From NCBI GenBank assembly GCA_964458155.1, contig CAYWGP010000245.1, positions 2,521 through 66,520 of the forward strand: a DNA stretch of 64,000 nt. The letters run 5' to 3'. Below are positions 19,965 to 29,928 of this stretch, one piece after another. Under the pieces are notes generated by a model. The model searched no databases and had not been told where the DNA came from. It worked only from the letters and a program-made list of their open reading frames with translations. This DNA comes from an uncultured Bacteroides sp. (GTDB lineage Bacteria; Bacteroidota; Bacteroidia; Bacteroidales; GCA-2748055). A program made the translations under genes and the position numbers. Numbering within the stretch: position 1 is the first letter of the stretch; each line of letters starts with the position of its first letter.

Positions 19965-20939
19965 ATGATTACATTAGAGGATATCAGGAAGCCCGTTAAC
20001 AAGGAAATGAAAGAATTTGACCTGCGCTTTAAAAGCGTAGTTTCCAGCAATATTCCTCTATTAACCATGGTTACCCGCTTTGTGCTTCGAAGAAAGGGAA
20101 AACAAATGCGACCCCTGTTTGTGTTTCTCTCATCCAGGCTCACCGGTGAAATAACAGAAGCCACCTATACTGCAGCTTCTTTAGTTGAATTAATGCATAC
20201 CGCTACCCTGGTGCACGATGATGTAGTAGATGAATCCAACGAGCGCCGCGGGGCCTTTTCGGTGAACGCCATTTGGAAATCAAAAGTTGCTGTGCTATTT
20301 GGAGATTATTTACTGGCGCAAGGCCTGTTATTGGCAGTAGAAAAAAAGAATTACGATCTTCTGGAGATTGTCTCAAACGCTTCAAAGGAGATGAGCGAAG
20401 GAGAGCTACTGCAAATCCAGAAGTCCCGCAGTCTGAACATCGACATGGATACATATTATGATGTTATACGCAAGAAAACTGCAAGCCTGATTGCATCCTG
20501 CACCGCTTGTGGTGCCCAGGCTGCCGGGGCAAGCCAGAATATAGTTGACCAGGTCTACCAAATGGGTATACGGATCGGTATGGCCTTTCAAATTAAGGAC
20601 GATCTGTTTGATTATCAGCCACATGGGCTTATTGGGAAGCCTACCGGGAACGATATTAAAGACAAAAAATTCACCCTGCCTTTGATTTATGCCCTGAACC
20701 AGGCTGAGCCCTCCAGAAGAAAAGCAATGATCAGGAAAATTAAAAACGGGAACCGAAGTCAACATGTAGTTAACGAGGTTGTACAGTTTGTAAAAGATAT
20801 GGGGGGTATTGAATATGCAATAGTTAAAATGCAGGAATATAAATCCTCCGCCATGGAGATTCTTTATACCTTCCCTGAATCCCCATCCAGAAATTCCCTT
20901 CGGGATCTGGTCGAGTATACAGTCTCCAGAAAAAAGTAG
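19965..20939 (+). CDS. ispB: Polyprenyl diphosphate synthase (octaprenyl-type, IspB-like)
   Basis: First Asp-rich motif LVHDDVVDES, and second motif IKDDLFDY. Confidence 0.9.
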   Translation: MITLEDIRKPVNKEMKEFDLRFKSVVSSNIPLLTMVTRFVLRRKGKQMRPLFVFLSSRLTGEITEATYTAASLVELMHTATLVHDDVVDESNERRGAFSVNAIWKSKVAVLFGDYLLAQGLLLAVEKKNYDLLEIVSNASKEMSEGELLQIQKSRSLNIDMDTYYDVIRKKTASLIASCTACGAQAAGASQNIVDQVYQMGIRIGMAFQIKDDLFDYQPHGLIGKPTGNDIKDKKFTLPLIYALNQAEPSRRKAMIRKIKNGNRSQHVVNEVVQFVKDMGGIEYAIVKMQEYKSSAMEILYTFPESPSRNSLRDLVEYTVSRKK

Positions 20940-20940
20940 C

Positions 20941-22749
20941 TTAGCGATCCTTTTTCTTAAAATAATTCTCTATTTTCCTTGCCCTGGCTAATCCCACCTC
21001 CTTTGAAAGTTCGTCTGTGGTGGCATTCATTATTCCGTCCATTGATTTAAAGCGCTTGAAAAGTTTTTCGATGGAGCGCTGGCCAATTCCAGGAATTCTA
21101 TCCATGGATGATTGTGTCATGGAGCCGGAACGTTTTAAACGATGAAAGGCAATTCCAAACCTGTGTGCTTCATTTCTGAGCTGTTGTATCAGTTTCAGTG
21201 ATTCCGAATTCTTATCCACGTATAGAGGTACTGAATCCCCTGGGAAATAAATTTCCTCCAGCTTCTTCGCTATACCAATAATGGCAATTTTCCCCCGAAG
21301 CCCGAGCTCGTCCAGGCTGCTAACAGCAGCGCTTAACTGTCCCTTTCCCCCATCAACCACGACTAGTTGCGGGAGTGCCTGCTTCTCATCCAGCAACCTC
21401 TTATAGCGCCTGAATACAACTTCCTTCATGGAAGCAAAATCGTCAATTCCTTCTACTTCTTTGATGTTGTAATGGCGGTATTCCTTTTTGTGAGCACGGC
21501 CATTTCTAAATACGACACATGCTGCCACGGCTTCACTTCCCTGCATATTACTATTGTCGAAACACTCGATATGCACAGGCAGCTCTTTCAGCCTGAAATC
21601 TGTCTGAACCGTTTTCAGTATCCTTTTTGCAGGATCCTCTGTATTTTGAGCCCCCTTCCTTTTAATCTTTTCCAGTTTGTAACTTAGTGCATTTCGCTTT
21701 GAAAGTTCCAGCAACTTCAGCTTATCTCCCCTCCTCGGAATTGTAATATGCAGATCCGGATAGTAGGCCTGAAGATCCAGCGGAACAATGATCTCTTTGG
21801 ATTTGCTTTCATTCCTGTTCCTGATATCAGTAACTACAAAGGCCAGCAGTTCCAGATCATCCTCGTCCAGCTTTTTCCTGATTTCTACTGTGTGGGCCTG
21901 AATAATTGCACCCTTTACAACCTTCAAATAATTAACAAAAGCATTCCGCTCGTCACTTACAATACTAAAGACCTCAACATCGTGTATTGCAGAATTAACA
22001 ATGGTTGACTTGCTCTGATAGCGGGATAGAATTTCTATTTTTTCTTTAAACTGGTTAGCCTCCTCAAATTGAAACATGGCAGCCCGCTGGGCCATCTCGC
22101 CATTCAAATGCGCAATTACTTCATGGAGATTGCCCTTGATAATATTACGAATCTGGTCCACACTTTCATTATATTCTTCCTGACTTTGCAGTCCAACACA
22201 AGGGCCTTTACAATTTCCAATATGATACTCAAGACAGACTTTAAATTTTCCTGACTTTATGTTCTTTTCGCTTAACACAAGCTTACATGTCCTGAGCTGG
22301 TAAAGTTGGCGAATGAGGTTAAGTAAGATCTTAACAGCATATGCCGAGGTATAAGGTCCATAATACTTCGATCCATCATAAATGATAGTCCTGGTCGAAA
22401 ACACTCTGGGAAAAGGTTCATTCTTTATACAAATCCACGGAAATGTTTTGTCATCCTTCAGCAATATGTTATAACGAGGCTGATGTTTTTTGATCAAATT
22501 GTTTTCCAGCAGTAGGGCGTCGGATTCGCTGTCGACTACAATGAACTTCAAATCGGCTATCCGGTCCACGAGGACTTTGATCTTAAAAGATTCAAACTTG
22601 CTCTTGGAAAAATATGAGGAGACCCTCTTCTTCAGATTTTTTGCCTTACCAATATAAATGATGTTGCCAGCACTATCATAAAACTGATATACTCCAGGCT
22701 GCTCGGGCAGTGAGCTAATAGATGCAACAATGTCAGATTTATTAGTCAT
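20941..22749 (-). CDS. uvrC: Excinuclease ABC subunit C
   Basis: GIY-YIG domain (GVYQFYDSAGNIIYIGKAKNLKKRV), a Cys cluster (CLEYHIGNCKGPC), and a C-terminal (HhH)2 region. Confidence 0.95.
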   Translation of the reverse strand: MTNKSDIVASISSLPEQPGVYQFYDSAGNIIYIGKAKNLKKRVSSYFSKSKFESFKIKVLVDRIADLKFIVVDSESDALLLENNLIKKHQPRYNILLKDDKTFPWICIKNEPFPRVFSTRTIIYDGSKYYGPYTSAYAVKILLNLIRQLYQLRTCKLVLSEKNIKSGKFKVCLEYHIGNCKGPCVGLQSQEEYNESVDQIRNIIKGNLHEVIAHLNGEMAQRAAMFQFEEANQFKEKIEILSRYQSKSTIVNSAIHDVEVFSIVSDERNAFVNYLKVVKGAIIQAHTVEIRKKLDEDDLELLAFVVTDIRNRNESKSKEIIVPLDLQAYYPDLHITIPRRGDKLKLLELSKRNALSYKLEKIKRKGAQNTEDPAKRILKTVQTDFRLKELPVHIECFDNSNMQGSEAVAACVVFRNGRAHKKEYRHYNIKEVEGIDDFASMKEVVFRRYKRLLDEKQALPQLVVVDGGKGQLSAAVSSLDELGLRGKIAIIGIAKKLEEIYFPGDSVPLYVDKNSESLKLIQQLRNEAHRFGIAFHRLKRSGSMTQSSMDRIPGIGQRSIEKLFKRFKSMDGIMNATTDELSKEVGLARARKIENYFKKKDR

Positions 22750-22885
22750 TTTAACGCCTGCTGATGTGTTTCGACTTGCCTGGTGGCCACAATATGAATA
22801 AATATGGCATTCTCAGGGAGTTAAAACAAGCCATTTCAAAGGAAATTCTATTTCCAAAAGCCTCATTATAAAAGGATTTACAAAA

Positions 22886-22903
22886 GCTATGGCGGTCCAT
22901 AGC
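22886..22903 (-). terminator. Candidate intrinsic terminator downstream of apt
   Basis: A perfect 7-bp stem (GCTATGG / CCATAGC) with a 4-nt loop. On the minus strand it is followed by TTTTG. It lies 51 nt after the apt stop codon. Confidence 0.4.
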
Positions 22904-22931
22904 CATTGTTACAAGCCTGGCCAATCAGGAA

Positions 22932-22976
22932 AATTAATGGCCATCAAAAGTAATTAATGGCCATCAAAAGTAATTA
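22932..22976. repeat. Tandem direct repeat, 20-bp unit x 2.25, spanning the apt stop codon
   Basis: AATTAATGGCCATCAAAAGT occupies 22932-22951 and is repeated exactly at 22952-22971, followed by a partial AATTA. The unit encodes the last apt codons (…TFDGH*). Confidence 0.9.
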
Positions 22977-23511
22977 CAGAGTCAATATCGTAGTTCCCCA
23001 GCATCTTTCTCCCCCCCAGTTCCGGAAGCTCTACAAGGAACAAAACTTTAATAATTTCTCCTCCCGCCTGCTCTACCAATTTACATGCCGCCTCAGCTGT
23101 TCCGCCGGTTGCCAGTAAGTCATCTATCACAACCACTTTTTCTCCTGCCTGAATGGCGTCAACATGCATTTCAAGTGCATCTTCTCCATACTCCAGTTTG
23201 TATTCTATTCCTCTTTTTTTGTATGGTAGCTTGCCTGGTTTTCTTAGAAGAGCTACTCCGCCGCCAAGTTTTGCAGCAAGAGCACCGGCCAACACAAATC
23301 CCCTTGCTTCAATCCCGGCAAATTTATCAAATCTGATTGGGGCTGAATTCTCATCCCTCAGACAATTAATCAAACTCTCAAGAGCCATTGAAAATGAATT
23401 CCCATCCTGGAAAATGGTTGTGAGATCCCTGAATATTATGCCCGGTTTCGGATAATCCGGAATGGACCGTGTTACATTTTTTAAGTGTTGGACTGCTTCT
23501 TCTTGATTCAT
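22954..23511 (-). CDS. apt: Adenine phosphoribosyltransferase
   Basis: DYPKPGIIFRD, and the PRPP-binding motif VVVIDDLLATGGTA. Confidence 0.92.
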   Translation of the reverse strand: MNQEEAVQHLKNVTRSIPDYPKPGIIFRDLTTIFQDGNSFSMALESLINCLRDENSAPIRFDKFAGIEARGFVLAGALAAKLGGGVALLRKPGKLPYKKRGIEYKLEYGEDALEMHVDAIQAGEKVVVIDDLLATGGTAEAACKLVEQAGGEIIKVLFLVELPELGGRKMLGNYDIDSVITFDGH

Positions 23512-23534
23512 CTTGGTAGAAATTTAGAAAATAT

Positions 23535-23548
23535 GTTCCACGTGGAAC
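23535..23548. promoter_or_regulatory. Perfect 14-bp palindrome GTTCCACGTGGAAC between mnmG and apt
   Basis: Read directly from the sequence. It abuts the mnmG stop codon and lies 24 nt upstream of the apt ATG. On the minus strand it is followed by ATATTTTCT, so it could be a weak terminator or an operator. Confidence 0.3.
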
Positions 23549-25422
23549 TATCTGCCCATATATATGAGCAGAACACTTATATCACTTGGAGAAACTCCCG
23601 AAATACGGGAAGCCTGTCCAATAGAAGTGGGTTTAATCCTTGATAGTTTCTGCCTGGCTTCTGTGGAAATACTCGTTAAACGATTATAATCAAAATTCTC
23701 ATCCAGCTTTATTTTCTCCAGCCTCTTAATTTTATCAGCCATCAACTTTTCCCGGGCTATATAGCCCTCATACTTAATAGCAATTTCTGCTGCCTCGACA
23801 ATCTCTCCGGCTCTGTTGCCGCAACGAGCATATATCTCTTGTAAGCCCTTTACCACATCTATCAACTCATTCAATCTGACCTGAGGCCTCTTCGCCACTT
23901 CAATCAGTTTCATTTTCTGTTTAAGTGGAGAAGTGCCTGAGGCAATCATAAATTCGTTAATTTCTTCCGGAGCTATGCTATAGGTCTTCATAAATTCTAT
24001 AAAGCGGTTTATTAACTCTCTTTTAATTATCAGCAGCTGGACTCTTTCCTCCCCGGCCAGCCCCATCTTTGCACTTAACTCAGTCAGCCTTTCATCCGCA
24101 TTATCCTGCCTTAACAAGATCCTGTACTCCGCACGGGATGTAAACATCCTGTATGGCTCATCAACTCCCTTGGTAACCAGATCATCTATCAGCACCCCAA
24201 TATATGCCTGATCCCTGCCAAGAACAAACTCTTTATCTCCTCTTATTCTTAAGCTTGCATTTATTCCTGCCATTAATCCCTGCGCTCCGGCTTCTTCATA
24301 TCCGGTTGTTCCATTGATCTGTCCGGCAAAATATAAATTCTTTAACAGCTTTGTCTCCAGGGTGTGGTAAAGCTGAGTAGGAGGGTAGTAGTCGTATTCA
24401 ATTGCATAACCTGGCCTGAAGATTCTTACGTTCTCAAGGCCCTCTATTTGGAGCATCGCATTGTATTGAACTTCCCATGGCAGAGAGGAAGAAAATCCAT
24501 TGATATAATATTCTATAGTTTCCATTCCTTCTGGCTCAAGGAACAATTGATGCTGCTCCTTCTCTGAGAAGGTCACAATCTTATCTTCAATACTTGGGCA
24601 ATATCGCGGACCAATGCTCTCAATGGTTCCATCGAACATAGGACTATCTGTAAAACCTTTCTCAAGCTCAGAATGAACAGTTAAATTCGTATAGGCGATA
24701 TAACAGCTTCTATGGCTACTATAATCCATTTCGTAATCCAGATATGAGAATTTTCTCTGCTCCATATCGCCGGGTTGCTCAAGCAGCTTAGTAAAATCAA
24801 TGCTTCTCCCATCTATCCTTGCCGGTGTGCCTGTCTTCATTCTCCCCACTTCAAATCCATGCTCTGCAAGCTGCTCACTTAAACCATAGGCTGGTGCTTC
24901 ACCCATGCGCCCGCCTTTCATCTTCACTTTGCCAACGTGCATCAAACCATTAATGAATGTCCCGGCAGTCAGAATAACCTTCTTTGAGTAGAATTTTATA
25001 CCCATAAGAGTCTCTACTCCTTTAACCTCTTCATTATCAATGATTAATCCACTCACTTTATCCTGCCAGAATTCGAGCTTCTTAATACTTTCCAATACCT
25101 TTCTCCATTCCAGCGTAAATACAGCCCTGTCGCACTGCGCCCTGGGACTCCACATGGCCGGACCTTTACTTCTGTTAAGCATTCGGAACTGTATCATCGC
25201 TTTGTCGGTGACCAGAGCAGAATAACCCCCAATGGCATCTATCTCCCTAACAATCTGCCCCTTAGCTATACCTCCCATGGCGGGATTGCATGACATTTGA
25301 GCATATTTTGTCATGTCCATGGTTATCAACAGGGTTCTGCTACCCATATTTGCTGCTGCAGCAGCAGCTTCACAGCCTGCATGACCTGCTCCCACAACAA
25401 TTACATCATATTGAGAATTCAT
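23548..25422 (-). CDS. mnmG: tRNA uridine-5-carboxymethylaminomethyl synthesis enzyme MnmG (GidA)
   Basis: YDVIVVGAGHAGCEAA FAD-binding motif. The 624-aa length and colinear motifs (GPRYCPSIEDK, FAGQINGTTGYEEA) fit MnmG. Confidence 0.97.
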   Translation of the reverse strand: MNSQYDVIVVGAGHAGCEAAAAAANMGSRTLLITMDMTKYAQMSCNPAMGGIAKGQIVREIDAIGGYSALVTDKAMIQFRMLNRSKGPAMWSPRAQCDRAVFTLEWRKVLESIKKLEFWQDKVSGLIIDNEEVKGVETLMGIKFYSKKVILTAGTFINGLMHVGKVKMKGGRMGEAPAYGLSEQLAEHGFEVGRMKTGTPARIDGRSIDFTKLLEQPGDMEQRKFSYLDYEMDYSSHRSCYIAYTNLTVHSELEKGFTDSPMFDGTIESIGPRYCPSIEDKIVTFSEKEQHQLFLEPEGMETIEYYINGFSSSLPWEVQYNAMLQIEGLENVRIFRPGYAIEYDYYPPTQLYHTLETKLLKNLYFAGQINGTTGYEEAGAQGLMAGINASLRIRGDKEFVLGRDQAYIGVLIDDLVTKGVDEPYRMFTSRAEYRILLRQDNADERLTELSAKMGLAGEERVQLLIIKRELINRFIEFMKTYSIAPEEINEFMIASGTSPLKQKMKLIEVAKRPQVRLNELIDVVKGLQEIYARCGNRAGEIVEAAEIAIKYEGYIAREKLMADKIKRLEKIKLDENFDYNRLTSISTEARQKLSRIKPTSIGQASRISGVSPSDISVLLIYMGR

Positions 25423-25423
25423 T

Positions 25424-25849
25424 CTAAACCATTTTCAACCACAAATGTAATGCTTCATTTTCCATTTGACGCATGCGAATCTTTTCTTCTTCTGTTCCGT
25501 CCTTATAGCCCAGCAGGTGATTCACCCCATGAATCATAACTCTCCTAAGCTCATCACCAGGTTCGGTATTGTAGTTTTTGGAATTAATTTTAACCTGGTC
25601 AATACTGATGAAAACATCACCAGATATACTGGAACCATCAGAATAGTCAAATGTTATAACATCTGTGTAGTAGTTGTGGTTTAAATACTCCCGGTTTATT
25701 AACCTGAGCTGTGTATTTGAAGTGAAAATAATAGAGATGCTTCCGCAGGTCGCATTACGTGATTCAAGCCATGAAGTTATCCACCGCTTATGCAGAAGCT
25801 TTTGCTCTAAATTGAATTTTGTTTTTTCTGTATGAAATGTGACAGGCAC
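25424..25849 (-). CDS. ybeY: rRNA maturation RNase YbeY
   Basis: HGVNHLLGYKD is the metal-binding motif. The third ligand position is Asp rather than His. Confidence 0.9.
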   Translation of the reverse strand: MPVTFHTEKTKFNLEQKLLHKRWITSWLESRNATCGSISIIFTSNTQLRLINREYLNHNYYTDVITFDYSDGSSISGDVFISIDQVKINSKNYNTEPGDELRRVMIHGVNHLLGYKDGTEEEKIRMRQMENEALHLWLKMV

Positions 25850-26244
25850 TAGATCCTGAACTTAAGGATAACAATCCTCCCGTCTTCCAGGTAAAGAATC
25901 TCATCCGAAAGCCTTTCCATCAGGAATATCCCACGTCCGTTAATTTTCTCAAGATTTTCAGGTGCAGTTGGATCAGGAACAGTAGAGTAGTCAAAACCCT
26001 GACCCTGGTCCTCGATATAAACAGACAGCTCTTTCTTGTCCATTAACATTTCAATCCTAACTGTTTTTTCAGGATCAGAATTATTGCCATGAATAATGGC
26101 ATTATTTGTAGCTTCCATTGTGGCAACAAGAACATTCCCATAAATCTCATCACTTAAATCTAACTCCAGCGAGAATTCATCAATAGCTTTCTCTACCAAG
26201 CGAAGGTTTCCCAAATCAGAAGGGATGTTCAAATCTTTTTTCAT
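25849..26244 (-). CDS. Anti-sigma-factor-type serine kinase (HATPase_c, RsbW/SpoIIAB-like)
   Basis: N-box EATNNAIIHGN, G1 box DQGQGFD and G2 box GRGIFLMERL, in a 131-aa single-domain protein. Confidence 0.75.
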   Translation of the reverse strand: MKKDLNIPSDLGNLRLVEKAIDEFSLELDLSDEIYGNVLVATMEATNNAIIHGNNSDPEKTVRIEMLMDKKELSVYIEDQGQGFDYSTVPDPTAPENLEKINGRGIFLMERLSDEILYLEDGRIVILKFRI

Positions 26245-26303
26245 ATCAATTCCTATGGACGGTTCTTATACGGTGCAAATTCATCAAAGGTTCCAAAAAA
26301 TTG

Positions 26304-27491
26304 TTATTTACTTATCCACTCTTCAGGGTTCAGAATTGTTCTCTCCTTCCAGACCTCAAAGTGCACAGATGCAACCTTCTCAGTTTCATCGGAGAATGCC
26401 TCCCCAAGCCTTTCTTTTGTAAGTACCTTGTCGCCTGTTTTTACCCTTACATTCACCAGATTCTGATAGACCGACAAATATTCCCCATGCCTTATCAGTA
26501 CAGTATAGTTTGCCCCCAGTATTGCAAAGACTTTAGTTACTTCCCCCTCAAAAACAGCCCTTACCTCCGTTCCTGGTACACTTGTAAAATCCACACCGTT
26601 ATTCTGTACATTGGAGCCTACTAAACCAGGAACCTCATGTCTTCCAAACCCCACAGTAATAATTCCTTTATCTACTGGCCAGGGCAATTTACCTCTGTTC
26701 TTTCTAAAATCTGTTCCCACCAGCTCTTGTTCCGGCGTAAGGGCATCATAAATATTCTCTGAATTCAGCCTTCTGGCTTCTTCTTCAATTATTTCCCTTA
26801 TCCTGACTTCAACTTCCCTGGCTATTCTTTCTTTCTCTTTGATTTCCTCCCTTAACTGAAACTCTTTTCTTTGCAGATTATTCACCATGGCTGCCCTCTG
26901 TCTACGCTGCCCAAGCAGTTTCTCCTGTTCGGCCGCTTTTTCATCCAGAGCCATCAGCTTCTCATTCTTAAGTAAACTCAGGTGATTCTTTTGCATTTCA
27001 AGCTCCTCGATCAAAGAATCTATTTCTCTAGCTTTTTGAACTCTGTAATCAGAAATATACTTTAAATACTTGTATCGCTGATAGGATTGGGATATGGTTG
27101 CCCCGGCAAGAATATACATCAGCTTCTCATACTCGGTATGATTCCTGTATGCGTAGTATATTAAACGGGCATATTCCTCCCTGTTCTTCTCATTCTCGGT
27201 GGTCAGCAGCTCAATTTTTAACTCCGCCTCATTTATATTTTTTCCTGTCAGATCAAGTTCAGTCTCCAGTGTGGAGATCAGCCTGGCCCTGGTGTTAATT
27301 CCGTTTTGTAAGATGCTCAGCTGTTTCATAGAACTTGTGCGCTGAGCCGAAGTCTTCTCCATAAGTTCCCTGGCAAGCTTCAGATCATCGTAAGCTTTTT
27401 GCTTCTGAGCCTGAAGCTCTTCCTTTGATTGTCCGGAAATAATGCCGGAAACCAAAACTGAGATCAATATTAAGACCAGCGCTCGTTTCAT
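26304..27491 (-). CDS. Coiled-coil M23/LytM-domain protein, EnvC-like murein hydrolase activator
   Basis: Signal peptide, about 250 aa of heptad-rich coiled coil, and a C-terminal LytM domain. The metal ligands are degenerate (NNGVDF instead of HxxxD; HFE instead of HxH), as in non-catalytic EnvC. Confidence 0.85.
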   Translation of the reverse strand: MKRALVLILISVLVSGIISGQSKEELQAQKQKAYDDLKLARELMEKTSAQRTSSMKQLSILQNGINTRARLISTLETELDLTGKNINEAELKIELLTTENEKNREEYARLIYYAYRNHTEYEKLMYILAGATISQSYQRYKYLKYISDYRVQKAREIDSLIEELEMQKNHLSLLKNEKLMALDEKAAEQEKLLGQRRQRAAMVNNLQRKEFQLREEIKEKERIAREVEVRIREIIEEEARRLNSENIYDALTPEQELVGTDFRKNRGKLPWPVDKGIITVGFGRHEVPGLVGSNVQNNGVDFTSVPGTEVRAVFEGEVTKVFAILGANYTVLIRHGEYLSVYQNLVNVRVKTGDKVLTKERLGEAFSDETEKVASVHFEVWKERTILNPEEWISK

Positions 27492-28225
27492 CTAAGTTCT
27501 GTAAATGTATACTTACGGGGATTGACCTCCATTTTTACTTTTACTTCTCTGTTATAAGAACGATCTCCTCCTCTGGCTATTATTTCAACGTCAGTAATCA
27601 TGAAATTAGAATAGATTTTAAAAGAATTATCCAGTCTTTCTCCCATTAAATAAAGATCGGTACGCTGATGATAAAACTCAAAAAGATTCATCTCCAATCC
27701 CATCCTGTCAAAAACAATTCTTTTTTTTATATAGTCCTCATCGAAATCAAAGACAATATTAGTTTTCTGATCATCTCGTGCATACTGAAAGTCATCGCAT
27801 AAATAATAGCTGGCGATCAGATTCTGCAAATCCCGAAAACTAACTGGATATTGATAGCCGAGTTTTCTCTGCAGGGGAGCCCGGTAAACAATCTTATTTA
27901 TGCGGTCAATAACTTTTATGGAGTCGAGATTTACAGAAGCCCTTATTATCTCATACCCGCTGTTCACAGCTGAAAGATAGATGAAAGAATCTCTTTTTGA
28001 GTAGAGTGTCAGGCTAACTTCATAACGCTCATCATCATAGATTAAAATTGCTTCTGCCTTCTTAATAAGTATAGTCTGAGCAGTATCACCCGCTTCACAA
28101 CTTTGGATCATTCCCTCCATGCCTCCTAACTCAGGCAATTCCGGTTCAAGGATCCCTTTCAGACCACCGCATTCCTTGAGCAGTAAGAGAGCAAACAGCA
28201 GAAAGATCCAACTGATTTTACTCAT
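27488..28225 (-). CDS. DUF4292-like (LolB-fold-like) lipoprotein
   Basis: Signal/lipobox-like MSKISWIFLLFALLLLKECGG after the ATG at 28225. It sits in the conserved Bacteroidetes position between the TPR gene and the EnvC-like gene (recalled synteny). Confidence 0.6.
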   Translation of the reverse strand: MSKISWIFLLFALLLLKECGGLKGILEPELPELGGMEGMIQSCEAGDTAQTILIKKAEAILIYDDERYEVSLTLYSKRDSFIYLSAVNSGYEIIRASVNLDSIKVIDRINKIVYRAPLQRKLGYQYPVSFRDLQNLIASYYLCDDFQYARDDQKTNIVFDFDEDYIKKRIVFDRMGLEMNLFEFYHQRTDLYLMGERLDNSFKIYSNFMITDVEIIARGGDRSYNREVKVKMEVNPRKYTFTELR

Positions 28226-29921
28226 TTTCCTGGTCCTTAATCTTTTGGATCTTAATCTCCAGCTTCTCCTTATCCCCACCCAGAATGATGGCTTTCATAT
28301 AGTATGATCTGGCAATCTGTGAACTTTCCAGGGCCATTTGAATATCCCCGGCATGCTCGTTTACCTCTGGATCATTTTCTCCTCCCTTATCCAGGGCAAA
28401 TAAAATATATTTTTCTGCTTCCGAATAGGATCCCAATTTATAAAGGACCCAGGCATAGGTATCCAGAAATGTTGCGTTTTCCGGGTTGTTACTTACAACT
28501 TTTGAGCTCCATTCTTTTGCCTTATCAAGCTTTTCTCCACGCTCAGCCAGGTAATAGCTATAATTATTCAAAACCATATAATTATCGGGCTCTTCCATAA
28601 TTAACAACTCAAATATGGAATCTGATTTTTCATAATCGTTAGTCCGGTAATAAGCTTCTGCAACGAGCATTCTCGCCTGCGAGGCATATTCTGAAGAAGA
28701 ATATTTAGAATGATCAAGTCCTTCGAAATTATCTAACAGTGACTCAAACTCGCCAGATTGATAATAAGCTATTCCCCTGAAAAATCTTATATCCACACTA
28801 TCAGGAAACTTTTCAAGGGCCCTGGTGCTAATATAAATAAGCTCTTCATCAAGTCCGGAAGCATTGGCCAGCATTATAGTCTGCATATATATATTATAGG
28901 TCCCTCTCTGAAGTTCCAGATACTTTTTCAAATGACCGTATGCCATGGGATAATTTTGAGCCTGTATATAAAAGTCTGCGGCCAGCAGCCGGATATCACT
29001 CTCTTCAGGATGCGTCTCAGCCATGACCTCAATAACCCTGCTTAACTCTTCGGAATAGCTTTGTACCTGCTCTTCATCTGAAAGATAGTAAGACAGAATG
29101 GCCAATTTACGATTAACCTCTATCTGCTTGCTGCCAAAAGAGCTGGCCAGGTATTTATAGCTGCTCTCATAGTCTTCCTTCTGCCTGTAATAATCTGTGA
29201 GATTAGTCAGGGCAAAAATATTCAGACTATCCACTTCAAGAATTTCAAGATAATAGTTGGCTGCAGCAGTCTCATTCCCGCTTTTTAAACATAGCTCCGC
29301 CGCCACGATTCTAAACTGAATTGCCTCAGGGAAAAGGACCATTACTTTTTCTATCTCCTTCAGGGCAAGCTCATACTTCTCTTCGCTTTCATAGATAGAG
29401 GCTTTCAGCAGGGTAATCTTTTCACTGAATCCTTTTTCTTTTTCTATCTTCTCCAGTATGTGTATGGCCCTGGATGGCTTACCCATTGTGAAATAGGTGG
29501 CGGCCAGTTTGAATTCCCATTCTGTTTTACCGGGATCATTCTTGATCTTTTCCTTTAGAATATCTACGGCCTCTCCATATTCCTCCAGGGATGCAAGCGA
29601 ATTCAGATAAGCAAGGGTATACCACTCAATGCCCGGGTCAAGTGCATAAGCCTTTCCCAGGTAGGTGTTGGCAAGTTCTAACTGGTTAGTATTGAGGTAG
29701 ATGGTGCCAGCCTCGTAATAAGCAACAGCACAATCAGGCTTGTCTTTTATTACCAGACCATAAAGTTTTATCGCCTCCGGCAAATTTCCCAGATTCTTCT
29801 GTTTTACAGCCTCAATCAGTGCGTACTGGTAATCTTCGTTACCACCACGCTCCTGTCCCATGGAAACAGTAAAAAAAGAGACCACTAATCCCAGCGATAA
29901 ACTAATAATCAAACTTTTCAT
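28218..29921 (-). CDS. Tetratricopeptide-repeat protein with N-terminal signal/anchor
   Basis: Repeated 34-aa A/Y/L patterns (…AIKLYGLVIKDKPDCAVAYYEAGTIYL…). I chose the start at the ATG at 29921 (MKSLIISLSLGLVV). Confidence 0.8.
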   Translation of the reverse strand: MKSLIISLSLGLVVSFFTVSMGQERGGNEDYQYALIEAVKQKNLGNLPEAIKLYGLVIKDKPDCAVAYYEAGTIYLNTNQLELANTYLGKAYALDPGIEWYTLAYLNSLASLEEYGEAVDILKEKIKNDPGKTEWEFKLAATYFTMGKPSRAIHILEKIEKEKGFSEKITLLKASIYESEEKYELALKEIEKVMVLFPEAIQFRIVAAELCLKSGNETAAANYYLEILEVDSLNIFALTNLTDYYRQKEDYESSYKYLASSFGSKQIEVNRKLAILSYYLSDEEQVQSYSEELSRVIEVMAETHPEESDIRLLAADFYIQAQNYPMAYGHLKKYLELQRGTYNIYMQTIMLANASGLDEELIYISTRALEKFPDSVDIRFFRGIAYYQSGEFESLLDNFEGLDHSKYSSSEYASQARMLVAEAYYRTNDYEKSDSIFELLIMEEPDNYMVLNNYSYYLAERGEKLDKAKEWSSKVVSNNPENATFLDTYAWVLYKLGSYSEAEKYILFALDKGGENDPEVNEHAGDIQMALESSQIARSYYMKAIILGGDKEKLEIKIQKIKDQENE

Positions 29922-29928
29922 CTTCTTC

